Source of the DNA: an uncultured bacterium
GTDB lineage: Bacteria > Caldisericota > Caldisericia > JAAYUI01
Direction: 5' to 3'
Assembly (NCBI GenBank): GCA_965370295.1
Contig: CBDUSO010000003.1
Location: 7,059-71,058 of the forward strand
DNA length: 64,000 nt
Part shown: positions 18,206 through 28,742 of the stretch, in pieces
How the letters are laid out: the number at the start of each line of letters is the position of its first letter
Position numbering within the stretch: the first letter of the stretch is position 1
Made by a program: the position numbers and the translations under genes
The notes under the pieces: model-generated
Seen by the model: only the letters and a program-made list of their open reading frames with translations
Database searches by the model: none
Told to the model about the DNA's origin: nothing

Positions 18206-20929
18206 TTAGCTTGGGCTTATTCTGATGGTCATAGTGATTGTTTTTGTTTCACCATCCCATTCAACGGTGGCTCCTAACGCTTCAGCAATAAATCTGAAAG
18301 GAAGCATTGTTCTACCTGATACTATCTGAGGTGGCGGACTTACTGATTCTACTGAATCACCTACTATTGCTGTTTCTGAACCTATAGCCAGGATAATATT
18401 AATATCATTAAGTGTGATGACAATACTCCTGGTCTCTGCTATCCAATCTACATCTGCCCCAAACGCTTCAGATACCGCTCGTACTGGAACCATAGTACTA
18501 CCACTGATAATGGTTGGTGCCGGATTTACATCTTTCTCTACACCATCAACCACCATTATATTTGAGTTTATCTGAAGCTTAACTTCAAGTTCTTTGATAT
18601 TTCTAACTGTGACTGTGGATGTCGTTTCATTACCAAGTAAGTCTGTAGCTATCACTTGAATTTCAGTGATGCTGGGAGCCGGTATGAGAGGAATCACCAC
18701 CTTGAAGACGTTTTCATTCTCAGCTGAACTAGAAAATTCTTCACCATTTACAATTAAATTGCACGGTTTATTAGTGCTGATAGCCAACTGAATTTCTTCT
18801 GCGTTTATTTGATCTGGAATGTTTTCTATCTCTACTTCAGGTGCAATCTCATCAGCTGGTGTCGAGAAGGTCACTGGAATTTCTAAGTACCCACCGTCTC
18901 TCCATTTGAGTGTAACCTTGCCTTTAAACGATTGACCAAGCTCCAATCCCTCCGTATTTATAATGATTTTTATCTTTTGGGAATCCATAACTCCAAGAGA
19001 ATAACTGTCTTTTGAAATGCTCAACCATCCACCAGAAGTAGTTGTAGAAACTTCGACATTTGTCATTGCATTATTATCAAGATAGAGTTCATGTTTTGAT
19101 TCACTATTCAACTCAATGATTCCAGCATCCAGTTTTCCAATGCTGACCGAAGGTCCTACAGTGGTGGCAGTAACAGTGACAATAGCTTCACCTTCTGCCC
19201 ACAATAACTCGACTTCACCAGTTACTTCGCGTCCTAGAGGAACTCTGTTTTTGTCTAGCTTAACAGCAACAAGTCCTTCGCTTAAGCCATCTATATCAAA
19301 ATAATTGCTATCAACCTCAATCCATGATTTGGAGGATTTTATACCAACAGCAATTGGGTTTATGAAATTATTTTTAAGAACCAGTGTTCTCCCGTTTCTG
19401 TCAGTGAAATCAACTTTTCCAAAATTGATTTCACTTTCCATTATTTCCAAGAAAGCGTGTTCAAAAACCTTCACATCCACAGTATTCTTTATCTTACCAC
19501 AGCTGATATTTATCTTGCATTCACCAGCACCAATAGCCTTAACAACACCATCCTTATCAACAGTGCATACATCAGTGTCAGATGACGAGAAGTCGAGTGA
19601 TGGATTTGGAATCTTTGATTTATTCTTATCAAAAACAGAGACATCGATTGAGAAGCTGTCATTTATTACTACCGCCACTTTAGTGGGATTAACTACTATC
19701 TCTGCTGGTTTACTCGATACTTTCACTCCCTTCTCAAAGCAATAAATGTTGCTACTACCCCTACTTCTCATATCACGAGTGATTACAATAAGCCTGTTTT
19801 CTGCAAGAATTGTATTTAGCTCAACTGTACCATCCATTTTGTATTCCCAGGTAATCTCTCCATTTGATGCATCCAGCCTGTAAACTTTGTCTCCACCATT
19901 TCTATTTCGAGATGTTACAAATAATCCATTCCCACATAAAATTGGATTAGCTATCGAGTTGTCAAACTTTTGCACCCATACTTCTTTTCCAGTGTCTTGC
20001 TCTATACAATGCATCCTTCCATCATACGAACTGTAAAAAATATTATTACTACTCACTGCAAAACCATCGATTCCTGAATCATAATCAATCGACCATTCCT
20101 CATTTCCAGTGTCAATGTCGATACAAACTACTTCTGTGTTATCGGAATCTGTGCTGTCGAGTGCAACAAAAACATAATCATCATTACATGCAATATCACG
20201 AGCATAAGCATTAGAGAATTTGTATGATTTCTTTCTTCTAGTATTGTTCATATTAACAATATCGATTGAGGTATCATGGTCGAAGACAAATTTATTGTCA
20301 GCAATCAGTAGCTCAAATGGACGTGCATCATTTGGGCTATCACCGGTTTCATAAACTGTTGCTGAGTTATGTGTTCTTGGGTTGTGTTTGAATATTTTTC
20401 CACCTGAAGTCACGTATACTTGTTCCTTGTAGAGCATTGTTTTTGGGTGTATGCCAATCATAACAAACATGTTGGAAGTCCTGGGATAACGCATATCAAA
20501 TTTTGTAATTCCTTTGTTCAGGTCAACACCTTTGATTCCCATCATTGTGCCATAAAAAATAGTATCATTTGTTATTACCGAATAAGTGCCATAAATCTGG
20601 TCAAGAGCACCTGTTTGTTGGTCCCATAATTTCTTGCCAGATTTTATGTCATAGCAGTGAAGATGGCGTTCCTGAAGGATTAGCTTGTCACCGGAGGAAT
20701 AAATCCAAGTATTTGGTAAACCGGTGCTTGCAGTAATTTCTTTTTTGTAGCTCAGTTTGAGAGTGGGTGTGGTAATACCGCAGGCAGGTGCAATATTTTT
20801 TGTACTACCAGAGTCTCCATCATGCTGATTCCAACCAAGACAATCTGAACCAGCATTTGTTGGTATATTTCCATGTCCAACAATCAAAAGAAAAACGACG
20901 AACAATGCAACAAATTTGTTTCTTTTCAT
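18206..20929 (-). CDS. large secreted cell-surface protein: PQQ-like beta-propeller repeats + Ig-like (Big_2) domains + two C-terminal Cu-amine-oxidase-N-like domains
   Basis: N-terminal signal peptide. Repeated …DG.lyclD..tGke.W… propeller motifs and a Big_2-like segment. Two C-terminal repeats (…GVEKDVNPAPTIISGSTMVPVRAVSEAFGADVDW… and …PPPQIVSGRTMLPFRFIAEALGATVEW…) are typical of Clostridia-type wall-associated domains. Confidence 0.6.
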   Translation of the reverse strand: MKRNKFVALFVVFLLIVGHGNIPTNAGSDCLGWNQHDGDSGSTKNIAPACGITTPTLKLSYKKEITASTGLPNTWIYSSGDKLILQERHLHCYDIKSGKKLWDQQTGALDQIYGTYSVITNDTIFYGTMMGIKGVDLNKGITKFDMRYPRTSNMFVMIGIHPKTMLYKEQVYVTSGGKIFKHNPRTHNSATVYETGDSPNDARPFELLIADNKFVFDHDTSIDIVNMNNTRRKKSYKFSNAYARDIACNDDYVFVALDSTDSDNTEVVCIDIDTGNEEWSIDYDSGIDGFAVSSNNIFYSSYDGRMHCIEQDTGKEVWVQKFDNSIANPILCGNGLFVTSRNRNGGDKVYRLDASNGEITWEYKMDGTVELNTILAENRLIVITRDMRSRGSSNIYCFEKGVKVSSKPAEIVVNPTKVAVVINDSFSIDVSVFDKNKSKIPNPSLDFSSSDTDVCTVDKDGVVKAIGAGECKINISCGKIKNTVDVKVFEHAFLEIMESEINFGKVDFTDRNGRTLVLKNNFINPIAVGIKSSKSWIEVDSNYFDIDGLSEGLVAVKLDKNRVPLGREVTGEVELLWAEGEAIVTVTATTVGPSVSIGKLDAGIIELNSESKHELYLDNNAMTNVEVSTTTSGGWLSISKDSYSLGVMDSQKIKIIINTEGLELGQSFKGKVTLKWRDGGYLEIPVTFSTPADEIAPEVEIENIPDQINAEEIQLAISTNKPCNLIVNGEEFSSSAENENVFKVVIPLIPAPSITEIQVIATDLLGNETTSTVTVRNIKELEVKLQINSNIMVVDGVEKDVNPAPTIISGSTMVPVRAVSEAFGADVDWIAETRSIVITLNDINIILAIGSETAIVGDSVESVSPPPQIVSGRTMLPFRFIAEALGATVEWDGETKTITMTIRISPS

Positions 20930-21363
20930 TTTTTTCTATTCTCCCTTTCCAGGATTCTTCATTTAGAATCTAGATTAATGTTACAATGGTTTCTCACGGA
21001 ATAAACGTAAGGAGCCTGGGGTTAAGCTATTTCAGAGGTCTGCTCCTGAACTCCAAAAGGAGTATATATACAAGTCCAAGTTACACAAGTTGAATCTATA
21101 TTCATACTCTTTAATAGAATTTCTTCAGCCTATGTTTGGCATATGACCAGAATGACTCTATACTGTTGACGTGTCCTGTTCCTTCCACAAATTCATCCTT
21201 GCTGTGGATTACCCTGTAAGGTTACTTGATTATCATTAGTTCCGTATTTTGCCTGCTGAGTGCATGGAGCTAAAATCAGCACCTGAGTATAACCTCACAC
21301 ATTTAGTGAAATTTCTTTTCGTATTCTCTCCTGTTGTTTGAAAAGTAATTCAATCAATTTATC

Positions 21364-23427
21364 CTACCAGATACAACCAACCTTTCCACCTTCACCATCT
21401 GAGTTTGCATCCATCCCAACGCCAACCTCAATGCCGGGGCGGGTTTTAGATTCTTCATACCAACTATCATCCTCGACACATTTTTCATTTCCATAGGTGT
21501 CATTTCCACCAACATCCAGGAATAGACCCAGACAAAGAATTTCATTTCGGATAGTGTCTGGAGAAGTATCTCCACGGATATATGAACCGCCGTACATTCG
21601 ATTGCTTTTTCCGTCATAAACATCGTCACCACCAACATTTACGAATATCCCAATCCCATTTGCGTTGCCACATCCCAACATGAGACCACCCTCTTTGCGA
21701 ACTTCATTCCCCTTTTTATCCTCTTCAACTCGGAAGCAGTCGTACTGGTCGTTTCCACCAGTGTCTATATGCCATGAAGTTGAGAAGTCATGCCCAACAC
21801 CGATTGAGGTTGCCTGTTTTGCCTGGTAGTGGTCGTCTCCAGCCTCATCTCTGAAGAGTGAAATTGCAAAATGTGCGGTTGCACCCTGGACATACCAGAG
21901 ACCGGTGTAGCTGTCATCACCAGATTTATCCGACAAGACTCCTACCCCATACCAGTATGCAACTCCCTGACCAAATACTCCGCATGAATACATATCATCA
22001 CCCGCATCATCAACAAGTAATCCGCATCCACCCGACATTGAATGACCATCAAGATAATCAGCACGCCTGCCGTATCCTGCCCCTTGGCTCAATGAGACGT
22101 TGTGATTTGCGTTCTGGGGTGAGGGGTTGATGATGTTGGTGTCATTTGCAATATATTCATCATTCCCCTCTTTGTCGTAGAGAAGTCCATATCCCCAGGT
22201 GTAACCAAATCCCTGGGATTCTATGTAACAGTTATAGGTGTCATCACCACTGTAATCCATGCAGATTCCAACACCAAAAGCCCCTGCTCCCTGGGAGAGT
22301 TCAACAGCGTCATATGTGTCGTTGCCGGCATAGTCAGCGAGTAATCCCACACCAAATACACCACTACCTTGAGAATTGTAAAATCCTTTGTAATGATCAT
22401 CACCATCAATATCCAGTAAAATTCCACAGCCAAGAATCCCTGCACCAAAAGAGGGAAGAGCTTCAGTTTCAGCGATGTATTCATCATCACCGCTTAAATC
22501 AATAATGACACTCGCACAGTTTGTGATACTGCTGGTTGCACCTGCACTTCCGCTGTAGGTGTCTGAGCCGAGACTGTCGATTATCAGAAGATGATTTGTT
22601 CCACTGTATTCATTGTCATTATCCCGACCGTCGATTGTGATTTTGCCGTATGGTGTCAAGATTGAAAAGTATTCTGAGGGGGTAGAAAATTTCTCCTCCA
22701 TCATTGCATTTTTGATGTTTTGGGTGGTGAATACTACTCTGCAACAGGCCCAGAAAAGTTGAAGCATGTCAGTGTTTTCACCAATTTTGTAGAGTGAAAT
22801 CATGTCCTCTTCAGCCATCAAATTCATGAGTTTATGGAAAAGGGCATCATTCAATTCAACATTTTCAAAAACACGTTCTCGTTCAGTTTTCAGATGATTG
22901 GCAGACCAGATAAACTCAGCTAAAAGATGAGCCGTTTCTGGATTCAACTTTGCTTCATATCCAGAAATAATTTCCTCAGTTTTGTCTCCCCATCTCCAAC
23001 CTTCGAGTTCATAAATACTTTTGAGTGATTCAGTTAATGGATTTTCATCGGGAATATCAAATTCTGGCAGGTAGTCATCCATGAATCCTGCGATTCGTCC
23101 GGCAACTTTGCCTGCACCATAATAAAAATTCATCTTCAGCTCTGCACCCATTTCGCCACTGTTCCACGCAGAGATTCTGTCTGTCATCTGTCTTGTGATT
23201 TGAGGAATTCGGAGTGGTTTTGACCAGATTTCGTCAAACCAGTAGAGCCGAAATGGATCACTTCCCAGTCGGTTGAGTTTATCCATATCCCAACTGACAT
23301 CTTCTGGGGTGAGATTACATGCAGTGAGTGCCTCTTCAAAATAATCAATCTCATCTGCAATCAAATTACCTGTGCCTGAAAAAACAAGAGAGACCACAAT
23401 TAAAACCAGAACCAGACGCTTTATCAT
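21364..23427 (-). CDS. secreted repeat protein with about 12 copies of a ~22-aa G(D/N)DxY motif (beta-roll/beta-helix-like)
   Basis: Start chosen at the second ATG, 8 nt after GGAGG (MIKRLVLVLIVVSLVFSG signal peptide). The C-terminal half repeats …SQGxGxGxGxLxDxxGDDxY…. Confidence 0.55.
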   Translation of the reverse strand: MIKRLVLVLIVVSLVFSGTGNLIADEIDYFEEALTACNLTPEDVSWDMDKLNRLGSDPFRLYWFDEIWSKPLRIPQITRQMTDRISAWNSGEMGAELKMNFYYGAGKVAGRIAGFMDDYLPEFDIPDENPLTESLKSIYELEGWRWGDKTEEIISGYEAKLNPETAHLLAEFIWSANHLKTERERVFENVELNDALFHKLMNLMAEEDMISLYKIGENTDMLQLFWACCRVVFTTQNIKNAMMEEKFSTPSEYFSILTPYGKITIDGRDNDNEYSGTNHLLIIDSLGSDTYSGSAGATSSITNCASVIIDLSGDDEYIAETEALPSFGAGILGCGILLDIDGDDHYKGFYNSQGSGVFGVGLLADYAGNDTYDAVELSQGAGAFGVGICMDYSGDDTYNCYIESQGFGYTWGYGLLYDKEGNDEYIANDTNIINPSPQNANHNVSLSQGAGYGRRADYLDGHSMSGGCGLLVDDAGDDMYSCGVFGQGVAYWYGVGVLSDKSGDDSYTGLWYVQGATAHFAISLFRDEAGDDHYQAKQATSIGVGHDFSTSWHIDTGGNDQYDCFRVEEDKKGNEVRKEGGLMLGCGNANGIGIFVNVGGDDVYDGKSNRMYGGSYIRGDTSPDTIRNEILCLGLFLDVGGNDTYGNEKCVEDDSWYEESKTRPGIEVGVGMDANSDGEGGKVGCIW

Positions 23428-23511
23428 TATCATTACCTCCAAAGGTGACTGAAGGTAATGATAACATAAAAACTCATACTACTCAAAATTAATGCTATTG
23501 TTGTGCTTGTT

Positions 23512-24324
23512 TTAGCTGGTCATCTTCAGCTCTACATATGATGCAAGGATAATCAGTAGTGTCCCAACTTGAGATAACAGGGGCAATAGTGGAATGTTGA
23601 TTATGATTCCTCTTGCAGACATGAATTGAAAAATTGCATAGTTGATAGAGAAAAATAAAATTGCTGTTGTGATAATTTTCCACGATCTCGACAGCAGACC
23701 TTTGTGAATTTCAGAGAGTACCGCGATTGAAACAATGATGCAGGCAAATGCAAATCCAATATTCCAGAGTGAAATCATTCTCTCGGCAGTTGTAAATACT
23801 CCTGGTGCAAAAATTGGAGAGACAAAAGCCAGCATAAGTGCATAAACAACAAGTACAACCGGAAGACCAATTTTCATAATTTTGCTTGGAGGTGATGCAG
23901 TCTTAACCAGTGAATATTCTCTTAAAATTGCAACCAGTAAGAGTGGTAGAACCCATAACAGACCGAACCACTCCGCCCAACTTGGTGGTCTGGACGCATA
24001 TACTTTGAATACATACATAACGAGAATAGATACTAAGCTACCTAACATCAAAAAGAACATGGAAAACATTACAAATCGCCAGATTTTTCTGTGGTAATCG
24101 GTAAAGTCGTAGTTCTGCATTGTTTTGTAACTATAGTAATATGCCACAAAAGCATTCAAAAATTGTATTATAAGTATTGGAAGATTTTTGTAGTGGATAC
24201 CACCAGTTTTTGCAAATATTTTTGGGAGGAAGAAGAATGCCACTGCTTCAAGAATCAAAACCGACAGAAGAATAATTCGTGCTCTGTCAAATGTATTTTT
24301 AAGGAGTTTTTTTATCAGATTCAA
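23512..24324 (-). CDS. hypothetical polytopic membrane protein
   Basis: 7-8 hydrophobic segments. Start is uncertain: the track ORF begins at TTG 24363. I prefer TTG 24324, which is preceded by AGGAG. Confidence 0.45.
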   Translation of the reverse strand: MNLIKKLLKNTFDRARIILLSVLILEAVAFFFLPKIFAKTGGIHYKNLPILIIQFLNAFVAYYYSYKTMQNYDFTDYHRKIWRFVMFSMFFLMLGSLVSILVMYVFKVYASRPPSWAEWFGLLWVLPLLLVAILREYSLVKTASPPSKIMKIGLPVVLVVYALMLAFVSPIFAPGVFTTAERMISLWNIGFAFACIIVSIAVLSEIHKGLLSRSWKIITTAILFFSINYAIFQFMSARGIIINIPLLPLLSQVGTLLIILASYVELKMTS

Positions 24325-26224
24325 TTGGGATGCTCCTCTCGTTGATGTTGCCTGCAAGGTCAACCGCCTGGATTTTGATGTATAGTGCAGTATGATTTTT
24401 GATTGTTTTTAGTATCGAGCCTATGCCTGTTTCAGCATTCACGGTTACAGCGTCTAAGGTCATGTCAATTCCTTCAACATAAAATTTTGTGAGAGCTTCA
24501 ATCTCTCCCATAATCGTAACGTTACCGGTGGTAGGGTCTCTCCTTGCCTTGAGCTTTGATAGATCAGGTTTTGTTAGATCGCAGATAATCTCAAGCTCTT
24601 TTTTTGTTCTATTCCCACCACTGGAGGTTGCGATTATTTCGAAGTGATTTTTTCCCTCTTTGAGCGAGAGACTCTTTTGAAATTTTCCCTCAGGACTGAC
24701 TGAGATCGTTTCGTCTCCAAAGGTAAGGGTGCTTGTATTTTTTACAGAACCATAAATAACAATTGTACTACTGTCCGTTATTTTTTTGTAGTCATCAATT
24801 CGAATGGTTGGTGATGGTGCATCCGATCTTTTTCGATAAACTGAAATTTCAGCAGAAGTCTGTTTGTGTTCGTCATCCTTCGCAACAAAAACCAGGATAT
24901 TGTTACCGTAATCAAGTCGAACGTTTACCTTGAATACTCCATTTACGACATTGATCTTCTCTCCCTTGAACAAGACGTTTTTTGTGTTGGTGATTCCTCT
25001 TATGTCGATGTTTGTATTGTCGGTTTTCAACCCTTTTTTTGGAGATGTGATTGAGATTGATGCAAGCTCTAAAGACTTCACCCTCTCTACGTTACGCCAC
25101 TTTCGAAGCTTGTTCCCGTCTGCATCCACCGATGAAACCTCAATTACCTGTTTACCGACATATAATGGGTACGAGTATTCAAAAATCCCTTCAGAGTGTG
25201 TGATTTCAGTTGTGCCGATAAACAGACGAACTGAACCCTGGATATTTCCAGTTATCTTTATGGTTGCTGAGTCTGTGATGGTGTTGTCTATGGGTGAAAT
25301 TATCTCCAGGGAGTGCTCTGTCATCTCTTTTGGCTTTTTGCGAAATATTGTGATTGCCTTTGAGGTCTCTCTGTTTGCCTTATCTTCTGAGGTAACAAAA
25401 CGTTCAACTCTACCGAAAGGATGATCGTTGATTGTTATTTCAAATCTACCATTTGACTCGGCGATAACCGGGCTAAAGTTATCAACAGAGACCTTGTTGC
25501 CAGGATTTGTTTCTCCTGTGATGATAATAACAGACTCTTCAGTTTCAATATAGCTTTCATCAATTATGAGTTTTGGTTTTGCCTGTAGGAGTAACTCTTT
25601 ATCTTTATTGTTCAGTCTCGCCGCACTCACATTTGAGCGACCATTTTCAAAAAAAGTGAGTTTCTCTCCAAAGGGAATTCTTTGAGTGGAGCCACCACTT
25701 TCGTGCGTAACAATACAACCTTCTGTCAGTGGCTTTACTTCATTGTCTGTTATCAGACACGTACCCTTCTCTATTCTGATGGTGCCTGTTTTTGTGACAA
25801 TTTCATAGAGTGAAACCTTTCCACCAGCATCTACAACATAATTTCCATGTACCTGTTTCCAGTTAACAGTCCGAATCCCCTGCCATGGATTTGAGTAGAA
25901 TGCCAGGATATGAACCTCAGAATTTTCCAGCATACGCAGGAAAGAACCATCATCGAATCGGATCTCAGCAGTACTTGCGGAAGCGGTTCTAATCTTGCTA
26001 CCCGGACCAAGTTTATGTCCAATATCTGTCGAATCCCAGCTTCCAGTTGATTTTTCATACACGGTAACATTGCCATCTTTGACGTTAATGTATGAAGTTA
26101 TCTCATCACCAGATCGAATAAAGAATAAGACCATTGCGACAAAGGTGATGGCTGTAAAGGCAATCCACACCTTTACCAGCAATCGTCTCTTCCACAAACC
26201 TTTAACTATATCATCTATTTCCAT
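24299..26224 (-). CDS. secreted/membrane-anchored protein with multiple Ig-like beta-sandwich repeats
   Basis: 641 aa with an N-terminal signal-anchor and several ~90-aa repeats of Ig-like character. Confidence 0.5.
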   Translation of the reverse strand: MEIDDIVKGLWKRRLLVKVWIAFTAITFVAMVLFFIRSGDEITSYINVKDGNVTVYEKSTGSWDSTDIGHKLGPGSKIRTASASTAEIRFDDGSFLRMLENSEVHILAFYSNPWQGIRTVNWKQVHGNYVVDAGGKVSLYEIVTKTGTIRIEKGTCLITDNEVKPLTEGCIVTHESGGSTQRIPFGEKLTFFENGRSNVSAARLNNKDKELLLQAKPKLIIDESYIETEESVIIITGETNPGNKVSVDNFSPVIAESNGRFEITINDHPFGRVERFVTSEDKANRETSKAITIFRKKPKEMTEHSLEIISPIDNTITDSATIKITGNIQGSVRLFIGTTEITHSEGIFEYSYPLYVGKQVIEVSSVDADGNKLRKWRNVERVKSLELASISITSPKKGLKTDNTNIDIRGITNTKNVLFKGEKINVVNGVFKVNVRLDYGNNILVFVAKDDEHKQTSAEISVYRKRSDAPSPTIRIDDYKKITDSSTIVIYGSVKNTSTLTFGDETISVSPEGKFQKSLSLKEGKNHFEIIATSSGGNRTKKELEIICDLTKPDLSKLKARRDPTTGNVTIMGEIEALTKFYVEGIDMTLDAVTVNAETGIGSILKTIKNHTALYIKIQAVDLAGNINERSIPIESDKKTP

Positions 26225-26311
26225 TTGAACCCATTGTAACAGGAATTATTTTTGTGTCTACAGCAACATTACTTACTTGATAAACAATTTGATAACAATA
26301 GAATCACTCCT

Positions 26312-28720
26312 ATGAACTGGAATAATTTAGACGAGAAAACACAGCGTGTATTCTATCTTGCACAAGATGAGGCATACTCGCTTGGAAATGATTATCTTGG
26401 GACGGAACACCTTTTGTTGGGGCTGACACGGGAGGGGTCAAGCTTTGCAGTTTCAACTCTCAAAGCAATGAATGTTGACTTTCAGGCGTTGAGAGACAGG
26501 GTCGTGTCCCTGGTAAGAGGAGTCAGAAATTCAGCAACAGGTCCCGTCCAGAAGAGTCACATTGTGGTTTCAGCACGAGCTAAAAGAGCCTTAGAGATGG
26601 CTGACAAAGAGATGAGAAACTCAGGGGTTAAAAAGCTTTCACCAGAGCATTTGTTAATTGGAATTCTGATGGAAGCAGAGGGGCTTGCCGCAAGAATCCT
26701 TCGAGATATGAATGTCGATATTGATTCATTCAGACAGAATCTTTCCCAGAATTTCTCAGGTGCAGGCAAAGGAAAACCTGCTTCGATACTTGACAATTAT
26801 TCAAGAGACCTCACACAGATGGCAAGGGAAGGAAAACTTGACCCAACCGTTGGAAGGGTGAAAGAGATCAGTCGGGTAATCCAAATCCTCTCACGGAGAA
26901 CAAAAAATAATCCCGTGTTGGTTGGTGATCCTGGTGTTGGAAAAACTGCAATTGTTGAAGGTCTCTCCCAGAGAATTGTTACAGGAGAGGTTCCAGAACC
27001 GTTGCGGGATAAGAGAGTGTTGTCTCTTGACCTTGCAAGCGTTGTTGCAGGCACAAAATATCGCGGAGAATTTGAGGAACGAGTAAAAAATATCCTCGCA
27101 GAAATCTATAAATCTGACGGGGAAATCATCATCTTTATCGATGAGATTCACACCATTGTTGGAGCAGGTGCAGCAGAGGGTGCAATTGATGCCTCTAACA
27201 TGTTGAAGCCACCACTTGCCCGTGGTGAACTCCAGTGCATTGGTGCAACAACGATGGGTGAATATCGAAAAAATATTGAAAAAGATTCCGCTCTTGAGCG
27301 TCGTTTCCAGATGATAAAGGTTGAGGAACCATCAGTCGAAGAGACTGTAAAAATTCTCATCGGACTCGCCCCAAGATATGAAAATCATCACAAGATAACA
27401 ATCAGCCATGCGGCACTTGAAGCATCTGCAAAGATGTCTGCAAGATTTATCTCCGATCGTTTCCTCCCGGATAAAGCAATCGATTTGATTGATGAAGCGG
27501 GTGCAAAGGTGAGATTATCCGTTTTGAATCTCCCACCAGAAATCAGAAAACTTGAGAAGAAGCGGAAGGAGATTGAAGAAGATAAAAAATCAGCGGCTGA
27601 TTCTCAAGAGTTTGAAGAAGCTGCAAAACTTCGTGACAACGAACGCGAGATTGAAGACCAACTTAGACTGAAACGAACAGATTGGCAAAAAGAGGTTGAT
27701 GCACTCGACCTTGTTGTAACACCAGATGATATTGCAGAAATTGTTGCAATGTGGACTGGAATTCCAACTACCCAACTCGTTCAAGAAGAAAAAGAACGTC
27801 TGCTGTCTCTTGAAAAAATTCTCCATGAAAGAATTATTGGTCAGGAGGAAGCTGTTTCTGCCATTTCAAAATCACTCAGAAGAGCAAGGGTTGGGCTTGC
27901 TGGACGCAACAGACCAATCGGATCATTTATCTTTGTTGGTCCAAGTGGAGTTGGAAAAACTGAACTTGCAAGGGTTCTAGCCACCCATCTGTTTGGTTCT
28001 GAAAAATCAATAGTCAGGCTTGACATGTCTGAGTACATGGAGCGACATGCTGTTTCAAGATTGATTGGTGCTCCTCCCGGTTACGTTGGTTTTGAAGAGG
28101 GCGGACAGCTCACTGAAAGAATCAGAAGAAGACCCTTCTCCGTCATCCTGTTAGATGAGATTGAAAAAGCACATCAGGATGTTTTCAACATTCTGCTTCA
28201 GATAATGGATGATGGCAGGCTCACAGATTCCAAGGGTCGACTGGTCGACTTCAGACATGCAATAATCATCATGACTTCAAATGTCGGAACCCAGTGGAAG
28301 GGTGCAAAGAGTCTTGGTTTCTCCTCTTCTGAACAGATGGACAGCAAGCTCGAAGGAAACCGATTGGATGATGCCATCAAAAAGATTTTCAGACCAGAAT
28401 TTCTTGGCAGGCTTGACCAGGTGGTTCATTTCAGTTCCCTGAGCAAGGAACAGCTGGGTCAAATTGCAGTGCTTCTGATTGAAAGACTCAGTGAAAATCT
28501 TGTCGATGAGGGTCTCAAGGTTGAACTCACGCCAGAGGCAATCGAGGCACTTGTTGAAAAGAGCTTTGATCCAAAGCTTGGAGCAAGACCGCTGGTCAGA
28601 GCAATCCAAAACATGATTGAAGACCCCATCGCTGAAAAAACTTTAGCTGGAGAATTCATCCCTGGTGATACAATCAAGGTAGACAAAAAAGAAGATGAAT
28701 TCTTTTTGTCAAAAGCATAA
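26312..28720 (+). CDS. clpC: ATP-dependent Clp protease ATP-binding subunit ClpC
   Basis: Two Clp_N repeats, Walker A boxes GDPGVGKT and GPSGVGKT, and a UVR motif ([16 protein letters not shown]). Start placed at ATG 26312 ([18 protein letters not shown]…). Confidence 0.9.
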   Translation: MNWNNLDEKTQRVFYLAQDEAYSLGNDYLGTEHLLLGLTREGSSFAVSTLKAMNVDFQALRDRVVSLVRGVRNSATGPVQKSHIVVSARAKRALEMADKEMRNSGVKKLSPEHLLIGILMEAEGLAARILRDMNVDIDSFRQNLSQNFSGAGKGKPASILDNYSRDLTQMAREGKLDPTVGRVKEISRVIQILSRRTKNNPVLVGDPGVGKTAIVEGLSQRIVTGEVPEPLRDKRVLSLDLASVVAGTKYRGEFEERVKNILAEIYKSDGEIIIFIDEIHTIVGAGAAEGAIDASNMLKPPLARGELQCIGATTMGEYRKNIEKDSALERRFQMIKVEEPSVEETVKILIGLAPRYENHHKITISHAALEASAKMSARFISDRFLPDKAIDLIDEAGAKVRLSVLNLPPEIRKLEKKRKEIEEDKKSAADSQEFEEAAKLRDNEREIEDQLRLKRTDWQKEVDALDLVVTPDDIAEIVAMWTGIPTTQLVQEEKERLLSLEKILHERIIGQEEAVSAISKSLRRARVGLAGRNRPIGSFIFVGPSGVGKTELARVLATHLFGSEKSIVRLDMSEYMERHAVSRLIGAPPGYVGFEEGGQLTERIRRRPFSVILLDEIEKAHQDVFNILLQIMDDGRLTDSKGRLVDFRHAIIIMTSNVGTQWKGAKSLGFSSSEQMDSKLEGNRLDDAIKKIFRPEFLGRLDQVVHFSSLSKEQLGQIAVLLIERLSENLVDEGLKVELTPEAIEALVEKSFDPKLGARPLVRAIQNMIEDPIAEKTLAGEFIPGDTIKVDKKEDEFFLSKA

Positions 28721-28742
28721 AAAAACAAATAAAGAGGTCAAC

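Noticed and set aside
21858-22505. His/Cys-rich + strand ORFs (90 and 119 aa) that look like metal-binding peptides
   Set aside because: They lie antisense to the G(D/N)DxY repeat protein. The codon complement of GAT/GAC/TAT-rich repeats gives His/Cys-rich nonsense, with no start context.
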